From Kiritimatiella glycovorans (GTDB lineage Bacteria > Verrucomicrobiota > Kiritimatiellia > Kiritimatiellales > Kiritimatiellaceae), in assembly GCF_001017655.1 (NCBI RefSeq), contig NZ_CP010904.1, forward strand, positions 2,070,001 to 2,102,000: a stretch of 32,000 bases of DNA. The letters are read 5' to 3'. Position numbers and translations under genes: made by a program. The notes beneath the pieces were generated by a model. It saw nothing but the letters and a program-made list of their open reading frames with translations. It made no database searches and was not told the origin of the DNA. Positions 1-8,297 of this stretch are shown here, one piece after another (positions within the stretch are counted from its first letter, which is position 1; each line of letters starts with the position of its first letter).

Positions 1-1102
1 CGGCGAGCACCTCCATGTAGTGGTCGAGCCGGCAGGTGGAGAGCACGCGGTGCACTTTCGGACGGGGCCGCACGGCGACAAACTCGCCGCCCGCCTCCCG
101 GCAGCCTTTGCGCACCTCGATCATCGCCCCCAGCTCCAGGCTCGAGAGCCAGGGGCGTTCGCCGAGATCGATCACGACCGAAGGTCTGGCGGGCGTAATC
201 TCCTTTACCGTTTCGGCCACCCACGCCGCGGCATTCCTTTCCCGGGCCAGCGAAGGCATCATGCGAAAGACCGCGCCCACGCGGTCCCATGGCAGCTTCG
301 ATTCCGCGGGCGGCACCTCCGCATCGGGGGTGCGCCGCGCCTTCGCGATCCGGTGCGAGGCGCCGAGGAGAAAGGCGGCATTGCGGGCGTAACGGCCCGC
401 CAGGCGTTTGGGATCGCTGAGCATGCGCCACAACCACTCCATTCTCAGCTTTTGAAACGCCCGGGGTGCGCGGCGCTGGGTTCCGGCCAGAAAGTCGAAG
501 GTCCCCCCCACCCCGATCGCGACCGGGACATCCCAATCGCGGAAATGCATATTGATCCACTTCTCCTGTTTGGGCGCGCCGAAGGCGACCAGCAGCAGAT
601 CGGGGGCAGCCTCGCGCAGACGCCGGCGCAGGTCCTCATGGTTCATCTCGTGCAGCGGGGCGTAGGGCGGGGAGAAGGTGCCGACGACCTTGAGTTTCGG
701 GTAACGCGCTTTCAGCGCCGCCGCCGCGCGCTCGGGGACCCCTTCTCTGCCGCCCAACAGGTAGACGCGCCATCCTTCGCGCGCGGCACGTTCCGCGAGC
801 CGGGGCGTGAGGTCGCTGCCGGTCACCCGTTCCTTGAGCCGGGGGCCGAAACGGGAGGACGCGGCCACGATCGGCCACCCGTCGGCGATCACGAGATCGG
901 ACTCGATGAGAATACGCTGCAGCTCCGGATCGCGCCACGCCTGGCTGAGGAAATCCAGGTTGGGGGTCGTCACGCAGGCGGGCCTTCCCGAGCGGATCCG
1001 CTCCGCCACCCACCCCACGGCCTCCTCGAAATTCACATTATCGAACGGGACGCCGAACAGGACCAGGGGTACGCGGGTCGACACTGCGTCATTCGATTTC
1101 AT
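1..1102 (-). CDS. WecG/TagA/CpsF-family (GT26) glycosyltransferase with C-terminal STAS-like domain; partial, 3' end runs off the window
   Basis: Manual minus-strand translation from ATG (complement of 1100-1102) gives 367 uninterrupted codons down to position 2. GT26 hallmarks: MKSNDAVSTRVPLVLFGVPFDNV...VTTPNLDFL...DLVIADGWPIV...VYLLGG...FGAPKQEKW...GVGGTFDFLAGTQRRAPRAFQKLRMEWLWRMLSDPKRL. The tail is STAS-like: PSVVIDLGERPWLSSLELGAMIEVRKGCREAGGEFVAVRPRPKVHRVLSTCRLDHYMEVLA. Not in the ORF track because no stop lies in the window. The first 408 codons of + ORF 20..1957 are its antisense shadow. Confidence 0.85.
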   Translation of the reverse strand, partial: MKSNDAVSTRVPLVLFGVPFDNVNFEEAVGWVAERIRSGRPACVTTPNLDFLSQAWRDPELQRILIESDLVIADGWPIVAASSRFGPRLKERVTGSDLTPRLAERAAREGWRVYLLGGREGVPERAAAALKARYPKLKVVGTFSPPYAPLHEMNHEDLRRRLREAAPDLLLVAFGAPKQEKWINMHFRDWDVPVAIGVGGTFDFLAGTQRRAPRAFQKLRMEWLWRMLSDPKRLAGRYARNAAFLLGASHRIAKARRTPDAEVPPAESKLPWDRVGAVFRMMPSLARERNAAAWVAETVKEITPARPSVVIDLGERPWLSSLELGAMIEVRKGCREAGGEFVAVRPRPKVHRVLSTCRLDHYMEVLA

Positions 1103-1243
1103 GGGTTCGAGCCTACACCGCCCCCGAAACCGCGGCAACAGGGAAACGGAGGAACCATAATGCAGGTTTTCATTTTAGCGCGAAAACGTTATCGTCGGCG
1201 CACAGAAGCCTCGTACCGTTGTCCCGCGAAGAAGGGTGCCGCC

Positions 1244-1957
1244 ATGAATACCGTCTGGGCCTCCATCCGAAAAAACATCCTGATCGGGCTCCTGCTCGTC
1301 ACTCCGCTGGCGGTCACTCTGTTCCTGATCCGGTTTTTGTACAACATCGTACACGGCCCGCTGAGCACGCTGCTGCCCGAGGCCATGCGCCATCCCGTCA
1401 TGCAGCCGCTGCTCGTGCTCGCGGCGATAGGGCTGGGCATGCTCTGCCTGTTCCTGCTCGGATTCTTCTTCCGCAATGTCGCGGGCAGGCGATTTTACCG
1501 GTTCGCCGACCGGGCCGTGAGCCGCCTGCCCCTGATCAATAAAATCTATGTGTCCACACGCGACCTCACCGCCGCGCTTTTTACGCAGCGCCAGACGCTC
1601 TTCCGCTCGGCGGTATTGATGGAATACCCGCGCCGCGGCATCTACTCGATGGCCTTCGTCACCGCCAACGTGCCCGCCTCTTTCCGCCGGCGCGCTCAGG
1701 CCGAACTGCCCGGGGATGAACTGGTCACGCTGTTCGTACCCACCACCCCCAACCCCACCTCCGGCGTGCTGATCGTCGCCCCGCGCTCGGAGCTGGTCGA
1801 ACTGGATATCACCGTATCCGAAGCGATGAAGCTGGTGATTTCCGGCGGCGCGGTCTTTCCGGGCGACGAAGCGGAGCAGAAGGGGGCCACCCTGATCGAC
1901 CTGCTGGACACCTGGGCCCATGCCAGGGGCCTCAAAAAGGACGGGGGCACGTCATGA
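1244..1957 (+). CDS. DUF502-family membrane protein
   Basis: ATG at 1244 lies in frame within track ORF 20..1957. Two N-terminal TM helices (ILIGLLLVTPLAVTLFLI; LLVLAAIGLGMLCLFLLGFFF) are followed by RLPLINKIYVSTRDL...PRRGIYSMAFVT...FVPTTPNPTSGVLIVAPR, the typical DUF502 core. The stop overlaps the mgtE start (ATGA). Confidence 0.8.
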   Translation: MNTVWASIRKNILIGLLLVTPLAVTLFLIRFLYNIVHGPLSTLLPEAMRHPVMQPLLVLAAIGLGMLCLFLLGFFFRNVAGRRFYRFADRAVSRLPLINKIYVSTRDLTAALFTQRQTLFRSAVLMEYPRRGIYSMAFVTANVPASFRRRAQAELPGDELVTLFVPTTPNPTSGVLIVAPRSELVELDITVSEAMKLVISGGAVFPGDEAEQKGATLIDLLDTWAHARGLKKDGGTS

Positions 1958-3336
1958 CCGATCTGAACCGTCTCAAGCAGCAGATCTCGTTCTGTGCCCG
2001 CGGCGACCTGTGGGAGCAGGTTCCGCGTTTCCTGCAGGACCTCCACCCCGCCGACCTGGCCGAAATCATCGCCGATGCCCCGCCGGAAGCGCAGGGACCC
2101 ATTTTCGAGCAGATCGACGACGAATTGAAGCCGGACGTGCTCGTGGAACTCGAAGGCGCGGCGGAGGAGAACGTGCTGCGGTCGCTGAGTTCGGAAGAGA
2201 TCTCCGACTTCGTCGAAGACATGGCCCCCGACGACGCCGCCGACATCCTGGGGGAAGTGGAGGAACGCAGCCAGGAGATCCTCGAGCTGATGGAGGAGGA
2301 GGAATCCGGCGACGTCCGCGAGCTGCTCCAGTATGAGGAGGACACCGCGGGCGGGATCATGACCACGGACTTCGTGGCCGTGCGCAACACCATCACCGCC
2401 GGCGAGGCGGTCGAATACATCGCCTCGCTCGAGCTGGACGAGCCGTTTTACTACGCCTACGTGGTCGACAGGGAAGACCGGCTCGTGGGCTGGGTGGAGC
2501 TGTGGGACCTGCTGAAGCCCTCGAACCGCAACAAGCGCGTGGTCGATCTGGTCGAACACGACGCGATCCCGGTGCATGTGAGCACGGACCAGGAAGAGGC
2601 GGCGCGGGTGGCGGCGAAGTACGACCTGAGTTCGCTGCCGGTACTCGACGAAGAAAACCGGCTGGTGGGACGCATCACGATGGACGACCTGCTGGACGTC
2701 ATCCAGGAGGAGGCGTCGGAGGATCTGTTCAAGTTCGCGGGATCGAACGAATCCGAGCTGGAATACGATTCGCCGCTGCGCGCCTGCCGGGCACGACTGC
2801 CCTGGCTGCTGATCACGCTGGCAACGGGGTTCCTGAGCAGCGTCATTCTCAAACACTTTATCGCGCAGATTACAACCGCCGAGGTGCTCTCGCTGAGTTT
2901 CTTCGTGCCGATCATCATGGCCATGGGCGGCAACACCGGCATCCAGTCGTCGACACTGATCATCCGCGGCCTCGCGGTGGGCACGGTGCGCAACCAGAAA
3001 ATCCTCAAGCTGCTGTCGCGCGAAATCATCGCCGGCGCCCTGATGGGAATCTGCTGCGGACTGATCATCGGCCTGTGGGCGAAACTGATGATCGACCGCA
3101 CCGTGACGGATGCGATGGCGTTTTCGACCTTCTACCTGTCGTTTACCGTGGGCATTGCGCTGTTCGCGGCCATGTCGTTCGCGGCGGTGTTCGGCGCGCT
3201 CGCCCCTATACTGCTCGACCGCAGCAAGGCCGACCCGGCGGTGGCATCGGGTCCCTTTGTGACGGCCTCCAACGACGTGATCGCGCTGATCATCTACTAT
3301 CTGGTCACGCTGCTGATGCTGGCGATGCACGGATGA
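1954..3336 (+). CDS. mgtE: Magnesium transporter MgtE
   Basis: 460 aa. Acidic N-domain (HPADLAEII...), a CBS-pair region (IMTTDFVAV...; LPVLDEENRLVGRITMDDLLDVI), and a C-terminal 5-TM domain with MGGNTGIQSSTLIIRGLA and PFVTASNDVIALIIYY motifs. Confidence 0.92.
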   Translation: MTDLNRLKQQISFCARGDLWEQVPRFLQDLHPADLAEIIADAPPEAQGPIFEQIDDELKPDVLVELEGAAEENVLRSLSSEEISDFVEDMAPDDAADILGEVEERSQEILELMEEEESGDVRELLQYEEDTAGGIMTTDFVAVRNTITAGEAVEYIASLELDEPFYYAYVVDREDRLVGWVELWDLLKPSNRNKRVVDLVEHDAIPVHVSTDQEEAARVAAKYDLSSLPVLDEENRLVGRITMDDLLDVIQEEASEDLFKFAGSNESELEYDSPLRACRARLPWLLITLATGFLSSVILKHFIAQITTAEVLSLSFFVPIIMAMGGNTGIQSSTLIIRGLAVGTVRNQKILKLLSREIIAGALMGICCGLIIGLWAKLMIDRTVTDAMAFSTFYLSFTVGIALFAAMSFAAVFGALAPILLDRSKADPAVASGPFVTASNDVIALIIYYLVTLLMLAMHG

Positions 3337-3379
3337 CCTCCTACCCCGCAACCCGCAAACTATAACCCGCCGCTTACCC

Positions 3380-4156
3380 ATGATCCTCAAAACCCCCGCC
3401 ATCCCGTTACGGATCACGCCGTACAGCAACACGTCGCGGGTGGTGCGCTGGCTGACTCCGGAGCGGGGCCGGCTGGGCACGCTGATCAAGGGAGCGCTGC
3501 GTCCGCGCGGGGGGTTCCTGGGGCAGTACGACTATTTCGCGACCAGCGAGCTGCTCTACTACGAGCGCCGCAAGGAGGGGCTGCACATCGCGCGGGAATG
3601 CACGATGACGGAGCGTCGCCCCGAGCTGAGAACGAACTGGCGCGGCGGGGTGTGCGCCTCCTACGTGACGGCCGTCGCCGACCGCCTCACGCCGGACGAC
3701 GCTCCGTCGGCCGAGCTGTTCGCTTTTCTTGAGCGGGCGCTCGATCACGCCCGGTTCGTGACGGAGCGCGCCGCGGAATTCCTGCTCTGGTTTGAGCTGC
3801 AGTGCTGCATCCGGGAGGGGCGCGCCCCGCGGCTGGAGTGCTGCGCCGCCTGCGGCAGCCCGATCGCGGACGGGGATGAGCTTGGCTTCGACGTCGCCCG
3901 CGGCGGCGTCCTTCACACCGCCTGCCGCCGCGGCGGGGACTCCGCGCAGCCTGTGGCCCCGGATGTACTGGCGCTCATGCGCGCCTGGGCCCGGGCTGCG
4001 CAGCCCGGGCAGGCGGCGCGCACCCGAACGCGCCCCCGCCAGCGGGAGACGATCGGCGCCCTGCTCGGCGCCTTCCTCGAATACCACCTCGAACTCCCCG
4101 CCGCGCCGCGCAAAGCCGCGTACTTCGCCCTGACCGCGGGCGAGACCCTCACCTGA
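3380..4156 (+). CDS. recO: DNA repair protein RecO
   Basis: 258 aa. N-terminal OB-fold pattern (LRITPYSNTSRVVRWLTPERGRLGTLIKGA...), then a helical region and a Cys cluster (CCAACGSP...HTAC) typical of the RecO zinc-binding region. Confidence 0.85.
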   Translation: MILKTPAIPLRITPYSNTSRVVRWLTPERGRLGTLIKGALRPRGGFLGQYDYFATSELLYYERRKEGLHIARECTMTERRPELRTNWRGGVCASYVTAVADRLTPDDAPSAELFAFLERALDHARFVTERAAEFLLWFELQCCIREGRAPRLECCAACGSPIADGDELGFDVARGGVLHTACRRGGDSAQPVAPDVLALMRAWARAAQPGQAARTRTRPRQRETIGALLGAFLEYHLELPAAPRKAAYFALTAGETLT

Positions 4157-4300
4157 CAAGCTCCCCGCTCCGGCCTTGCTTTGAGCTTTACCATTCCGGA
4201 GTGCATTCCATTTTAGCGTTACTATTATGGAGTACATTCCGTTTCAGAACACGGACCCCGGTCAAGCCCGCCGCAGGAAACAGTGGATGGTCCCTGAACA

Positions 4301-5116
4301 TCAGGACTCCGCCAGGGGGCGCAGCACCTCGTGGGTTCGGTGGATATCTTCCAGCCGGACCCACAGATCGCGTACTTTTTCCGGCACCGCCTCTTCATCA
4401 CAGACGTGATGCCGGAGATCGCCCCGCAGCACTTTTCCGGTGGCCTCCACGGCACGCTCTTCATCCCACGGCTCCTCCAGAAAAGCGAACAGGCGCTTCA
4501 TTTCGTCCATGCGCGTGTCCGGGTCCATGAACCGTTCATAGCGGACGGCAACGAGCGGGATGCCTTCCGCGGCGGCGAAAAAGCGCTCGTGGTGCAGGCG
4601 CCACAGCCACAGCCCGAATCGGCGGGGAATATGCTGCCGACGCTGAAGAGAGCGGGCGACCTCGGCGGGGTGGCGGAAACAGAGCAGCAGGCGCTCTATG
4701 TCGGCGTACTGCCGCCAGACCCCCAGGGTCAGGGTGAACCGGACTTCTTTGATATATTTCCCAGCGTATTGGCCGGCGGTCCGCCGCAGCTCACGTTCCA
4801 GCCGTGGTCCGCGCTTCTCGATGGTGGCGGGGTCGGGCTTGAGGAAGGCGGGGATATTCAGCGCACTTCTCAGCCCGTTCTCGAGCCGTTCGGGAAGACC
4901 GCTTCTGAGCACGCGAAAGTACATAGAGGTGGGGAGATGACCGAGAATCATCTCGTTATTGAGCCGCAGCACTTCAAGGTTTTCGAAGTACCCCTGCTCG
5001 TTCCACCGATCACGTTCGAGCAGCAGGTCGGGGTCTCCACAGTCCGCTCCCAGCGCCTGAATCAGGTGGGTGATGAACGAGGTCCCGCTCCGGTGCATGC
5101 CGGTGACGATGCGCAT
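4301..5116 (-). CDS. PAPS-dependent sulfotransferase family protein (RSGTS-type 5'-PSB motif)
   Basis: 271 aa. N-terminal MRIVTGMHRSGTSFITHL is a 5'-phosphosulfate-binding loop. FRHPAEVARSLQRR resembles the 3'-phosphate-binding RxPxxxxxS motif. It starts 12 nt downstream of the GT2 gene stop on the same strand. Confidence 0.75.
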   Translation of the reverse strand: MRIVTGMHRSGTSFITHLIQALGADCGDPDLLLERDRWNEQGYFENLEVLRLNNEMILGHLPTSMYFRVLRSGLPERLENGLRSALNIPAFLKPDPATIEKRGPRLERELRRTAGQYAGKYIKEVRFTLTLGVWRQYADIERLLLCFRHPAEVARSLQRRQHIPRRFGLWLWRLHHERFFAAAEGIPLVAVRYERFMDPDTRMDEMKRLFAFLEEPWDEERAVEATGKVLRGDLRHHVCDEEAVPEKVRDLWVRLEDIHRTHEVLRPLAES

Positions 5117-5128
5117 AGGCCGTTCCGT

Positions 5129-6067
5129 TCAGAGTTCTTTTCTGCTCAGCAGGTAGAGAGGCCGCTTCTTCACTTCCTCGTAAATCCGACTGACGTACTG
5201 GCCCAGCATACCGATGGCGAAAAGCTGTGCTCCGCCCAGCAGCAGCACGGCCGCCATCAGGGACGTCCAGCCCGGCACCATCGCCGCCGGATCGACCCAC
5301 TTGATAATCACGATCCGCAGCAGCCAGAGGACGCCGAGGATGCAGGTGATGATGCCCAGCCACGAGATGAGACGCAGCGGAGCGGAGGAGAAAGAGGTGA
5401 TGGCGTCGAACGCCAAATGCAGCGACTTCCAGACGGGGTACTTGGTCTCGCCGTCGTGGCGCGCCTCGCGGTCGTATTCGACCGATCCCTGGGTAAAGCC
5501 GATCCAGCAGGTGAGCCCGCGCATGAACCGGTGCTGCTCGCGAACGCCGCGCAGCGACTCGACCGCGCGGCGGTCCAGCAGCCGGAAATCCCCGGCGTTG
5601 AGCGGAACATCCACGCGCGCCAGTCGTCGGAACAGCTTGTAAAAACCGGCGGCGAGCGTCCTTTTCAGCCAGGACTCTCCCGCCCGCCTGCGCCGGACGG
5701 CGTACACCACCTCGCATCCCTCCCGCCAGCGGCGCAGAAGATCCGGAATCACCTCGGGGGGATCCTGCAGATCGGCGTCGATAATGACGACCGCATCGGC
5801 GTCGGCGTGGTCCATGCCCGCAGTGATCGCCACCTGGTGGCCGAAGTTGCGCGAGAGCCGGAGCAGCCCGACGCGTGGATCTTTTTCCCTCAGTTCGAGC
5901 AGTACATCCGGGCCGTCGTCGGTGCTTCCGTCGTCCACGAATATGAATCGGACTTCTTCGGGCTCCGATTCGAATACGCGGATCGTACGCTCGTAGAGTG
6001 TGCGCAGATTTTCGCGCTCGTTCAGGAACGGAACCACCAACGCTACGGTTTTGTTTTGATCAGCCAT
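5129..6067 (-). CDS. GT2 polyprenyl-phosphate glycosyltransferase (ArnC/GtrB/DPM1-like, with two C-terminal TM helices)
   Basis: VALVVPFLNERENL...FIFVDDGSTDDG...SRNFGHQVAITAGMDHA...VIIDADLQDPPE...AGDFRLLDRR, then two C-terminal TM helices (LISWLGIITCILGVLWLL; LMAAVLLLGGAQLFAIGMLGQYVSRIYEEVKKRP). Start chosen at MADQNK (6067); the track ORF extends to 6109. Confidence 0.85.
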   Translation of the reverse strand: MADQNKTVALVVPFLNERENLRTLYERTIRVFESEPEEVRFIFVDDGSTDDGPDVLLELREKDPRVGLLRLSRNFGHQVAITAGMDHADADAVVIIDADLQDPPEVIPDLLRRWREGCEVVYAVRRRRAGESWLKRTLAAGFYKLFRRLARVDVPLNAGDFRLLDRRAVESLRGVREQHRFMRGLTCWIGFTQGSVEYDREARHDGETKYPVWKSLHLAFDAITSFSSAPLRLISWLGIITCILGVLWLLRIVIIKWVDPAAMVPGWTSLMAAVLLLGGAQLFAIGMLGQYVSRIYEEVKKRPLYLLSRKEL

Positions 6068-6170
6068 GATACGGGCCCACTTTATACGGTGGCGGCACGG
6101 GAATGCCAACCATGATCCTCGCCGATAAAGACTTGTCGCCCATCCCCGGAAACCTCAGTCTGACGGCGCG

Positions 6171-8153
6171 ATGAAGCACAAGACCCTAAAGTACACGGAC
6201 CATGCCTTTTTTGCCCTGGTCCTTCTGGCGGCGGCATTCGTGCGCCTGTTCCGGCTGGGCCGCTGCGCCTTCAAGGGCGACACGATCAACTATTACCGCA
6301 ACGCCGCGGCCGGCACCGGCGTGTTCGAGATCTGGAGGGACTATCCCTGGCACAACCAGGTCCCGTTCACGGAATCGTTCATGCTTGCGTTTCTGAAGGT
6401 CTTCCAGCTCCCCGTCAACCATTTCACGGTCCGGCTGCCGTTCGCCCTGATCGGCATCGGGGCGGTCGCCGTGCTCTATTATTTCGTGCGCCCGCGCTGG
6501 GGCCGGATCACGGCGTTGCTCGCGGCCCTGTTCTGCGCCTTCGCGCCCTATCACGTCTACCTCTCGCGGGAAGCGTATTACTACGCCGGGGTCGTGCTGA
6601 CCTCGGCCCTCGCGCTGTGGGCGTTCTGGCCGGTGTGGACAAGGGCCCTTCGCACCGAACCCCCCGACTGGAGAGCCTTCGGGCTGTGGTGGGCCGCGAG
6701 CCTTCTGGCCGCGCATACCCACATGTCCGTCTGGCCGGTGTTCGGGGTCCAGTGGCTGATGCTGGCCTGGTCCGCGTTCAAAACCCACCGCGCCGACCGC
6801 GATCTGCTTCTCCAGTGGTCCAAACCGCTGGTTCTCACCCCGCTGCTCGTAGCGGTGGTGCTCTCCCCCTGGATCTACCGCCTCTTTACCGCCTCCCGCC
6901 TCCATCCGCCCGGTCACGAAGCACGCTTTGTGGAGTGGCTCGCGTCCGTGGCCGGGATCGTACCGGTGATGACGTTCGGGACGCAGTGGTTCGCCCTGCT
7001 GTGGCTGCTCGTACCCGTGTCCGGCGTTGTGTGGACGGTGTGGCGGGGAAGCGAACAGGTACGCCCTCACACGCGCCGTCTGCTCCTGCTGAGCGCGTTT
7101 CAGGCCGTCGCCCTGCTGAGCGTTTTTACCGTGCTCGGAAAAGGATATCCGCTGAAACACACCTATTGTGCCCCGCTTTTCGCGCCCGTTGCAGTGCTGA
7201 CGGCCATCGGGATCGCGGGATGGGGGTCATGGTTGACCGCGAGCCGTAAAACAGACGGCCGCATCGTGGCCGTCGCACTCGCCGCAGTCTGCGTCGCGCT
7301 GTGGCTCGTACCCGTCCGCGCCAACGTAAACCTCCCGGGCAAAACCAAAATGTTCCGATACGTGGAGCGATGGTTCGAATCAAACGCCCGTGAACAGACC
7401 CCGCTGGTGGTCGCCGACCAGTTGACCGCGATCCAGATGAGCGCCGCCGTACCGGAAAAGGCGTATCTGACGTTCCTTTCACCACAGGGCAGGATGTCTG
7501 ACCCGGAACAGCGCCGCAAAGTCCAGGCGTTCCGACGGGAGCGGCTGCGCGAAATGATGGACCGTTTCCCGTCGGCAATGTACGTCGACTACCTGGACCA
7601 CGCAAAGATGCAGCACCCCGGCGAATCGACCTGGAACCCGCGGGAGTTCTTCGCCCATACCGTCGTCTTCACCAACCGCGAAGCCCTGACTCTCCGGCGA
7701 TGGGGCGTCGCGCCGCGGCCCGACTTCTACGGCGAGGGCACGGAGGGCATGATCACCCGCATCCACTACAACAAAGCGGAAGATCTGGCTCACCGGGCCG
7801 CAGCGCAAGAGACTTCCCTGCTGCCGCTCTACGGCGAGGGCTGGTCGTACGTCAAAACACGCGATTTGCGCGACTGGGCGATACTGGGTTCGCGCGCCAC
7901 GCTCCGGGTTCTCAATGGCGGAGATCAGCCGCGGCGCGTAAATCTCTCCATCGAAGCCGTCCCGCTGGGCGGGATGAAGACGATCACTCTTTCCGATGGC
8001 GCGGAATTTACCTTCGAAAACCGGGCGCTCGGAAAATGGGTGACCGAAGCGATCGAATTCGCGCCGGGCACGAACCGCGTCACGCTGACCGATGCCTCGC
8101 CGGCAACGGGCGACACGCGCCCGCTGCTGATCCGGTCGATCTCGTTTGAGTGA
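6171..8153 (+). CDS. GT-C fold membrane glycosyltransferase (ArnT/PMT, GT39/GT83-like) with C-terminal soluble domain
   Basis: 660 aa. The N-terminal ~400 aa are polytopic, with first-loop pattern FRLGRCAFKGDTINYYRNA and FALIGIGAVAVLYYF...FAPYHVYLSREAYYY, typical of the ArnT/PMT_2 family. The C-terminal ~250 aa are soluble. Divergently transcribed from the ArnC-like GT2. Confidence 0.75.
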   Translation: MKHKTLKYTDHAFFALVLLAAAFVRLFRLGRCAFKGDTINYYRNAAAGTGVFEIWRDYPWHNQVPFTESFMLAFLKVFQLPVNHFTVRLPFALIGIGAVAVLYYFVRPRWGRITALLAALFCAFAPYHVYLSREAYYYAGVVLTSALALWAFWPVWTRALRTEPPDWRAFGLWWAASLLAAHTHMSVWPVFGVQWLMLAWSAFKTHRADRDLLLQWSKPLVLTPLLVAVVLSPWIYRLFTASRLHPPGHEARFVEWLASVAGIVPVMTFGTQWFALLWLLVPVSGVVWTVWRGSEQVRPHTRRLLLLSAFQAVALLSVFTVLGKGYPLKHTYCAPLFAPVAVLTAIGIAGWGSWLTASRKTDGRIVAVALAAVCVALWLVPVRANVNLPGKTKMFRYVERWFESNAREQTPLVVADQLTAIQMSAAVPEKAYLTFLSPQGRMSDPEQRRKVQAFRRERLREMMDRFPSAMYVDYLDHAKMQHPGESTWNPREFFAHTVVFTNREALTLRRWGVAPRPDFYGEGTEGMITRIHYNKAEDLAHRAAAQETSLLPLYGEGWSYVKTRDLRDWAILGSRATLRVLNGGDQPRRVNLSIEAVPLGGMKTITLSDGAEFTFENRALGKWVTEAIEFAPGTNRVTLTDASPATGDTRPLLIRSISFE

Positions 8154-8297
8154 AGAGGCCTGCGTCTCCCGGGTAGGGCGTGATCTCTCCGCCTTCGGCT
8201 CTTTATGCCTTCGGCGGACAGGCTAAGCTCTTTTGCGGACGGCCTTCTGCTGTCCAGCAGAATCCCTACCCTCACGCCCCGTCGTCTTTGCCCCCTG

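Noticed and set aside
20-1243. First 408 codons of track ORF 20..1957 (+)
   Set aside because: Arg/Gly/Pro/His-rich low-complexity translation lying antisense to a clearly recognisable WecG-family frame. The real + strand gene (DUF502) starts at ATG 1244.
1103-1243. M-box (Mg2+) riboswitch upstream of mgtE
   Set aside because: mgtE is translationally coupled to the DUF502 gene (ATGA overlap), so it has no leader of its own. The 140-nt region upstream of DUF502 is too short and shows none of the M-box conserved helices that I can recognise.
1696-3489. 597-aa ORF on the minus strand
   Set aside because: Antisense to mgtE, with an Arg/His/Asp-rich nonsense-like sequence. This is a typical high-GC shadow ORF.
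4331-6115. 594-aa ORF on the plus strand
   Set aside because: Antisense to the sulfotransferase and ArnC-like GT2 genes, both of which have strong family motifs. No motifs or TM pattern of its own.
8154-8297. Terminator or small-RNA signal in the convergent spacer between the GT-C and GH172 genes
   Set aside because: Only short imperfect pairings are present (CCGCC...GGCGG; CTGCTG-TC-CAGCAG with a 2-nt loop), with no T-runs and no tRNA-like cloverleaf.
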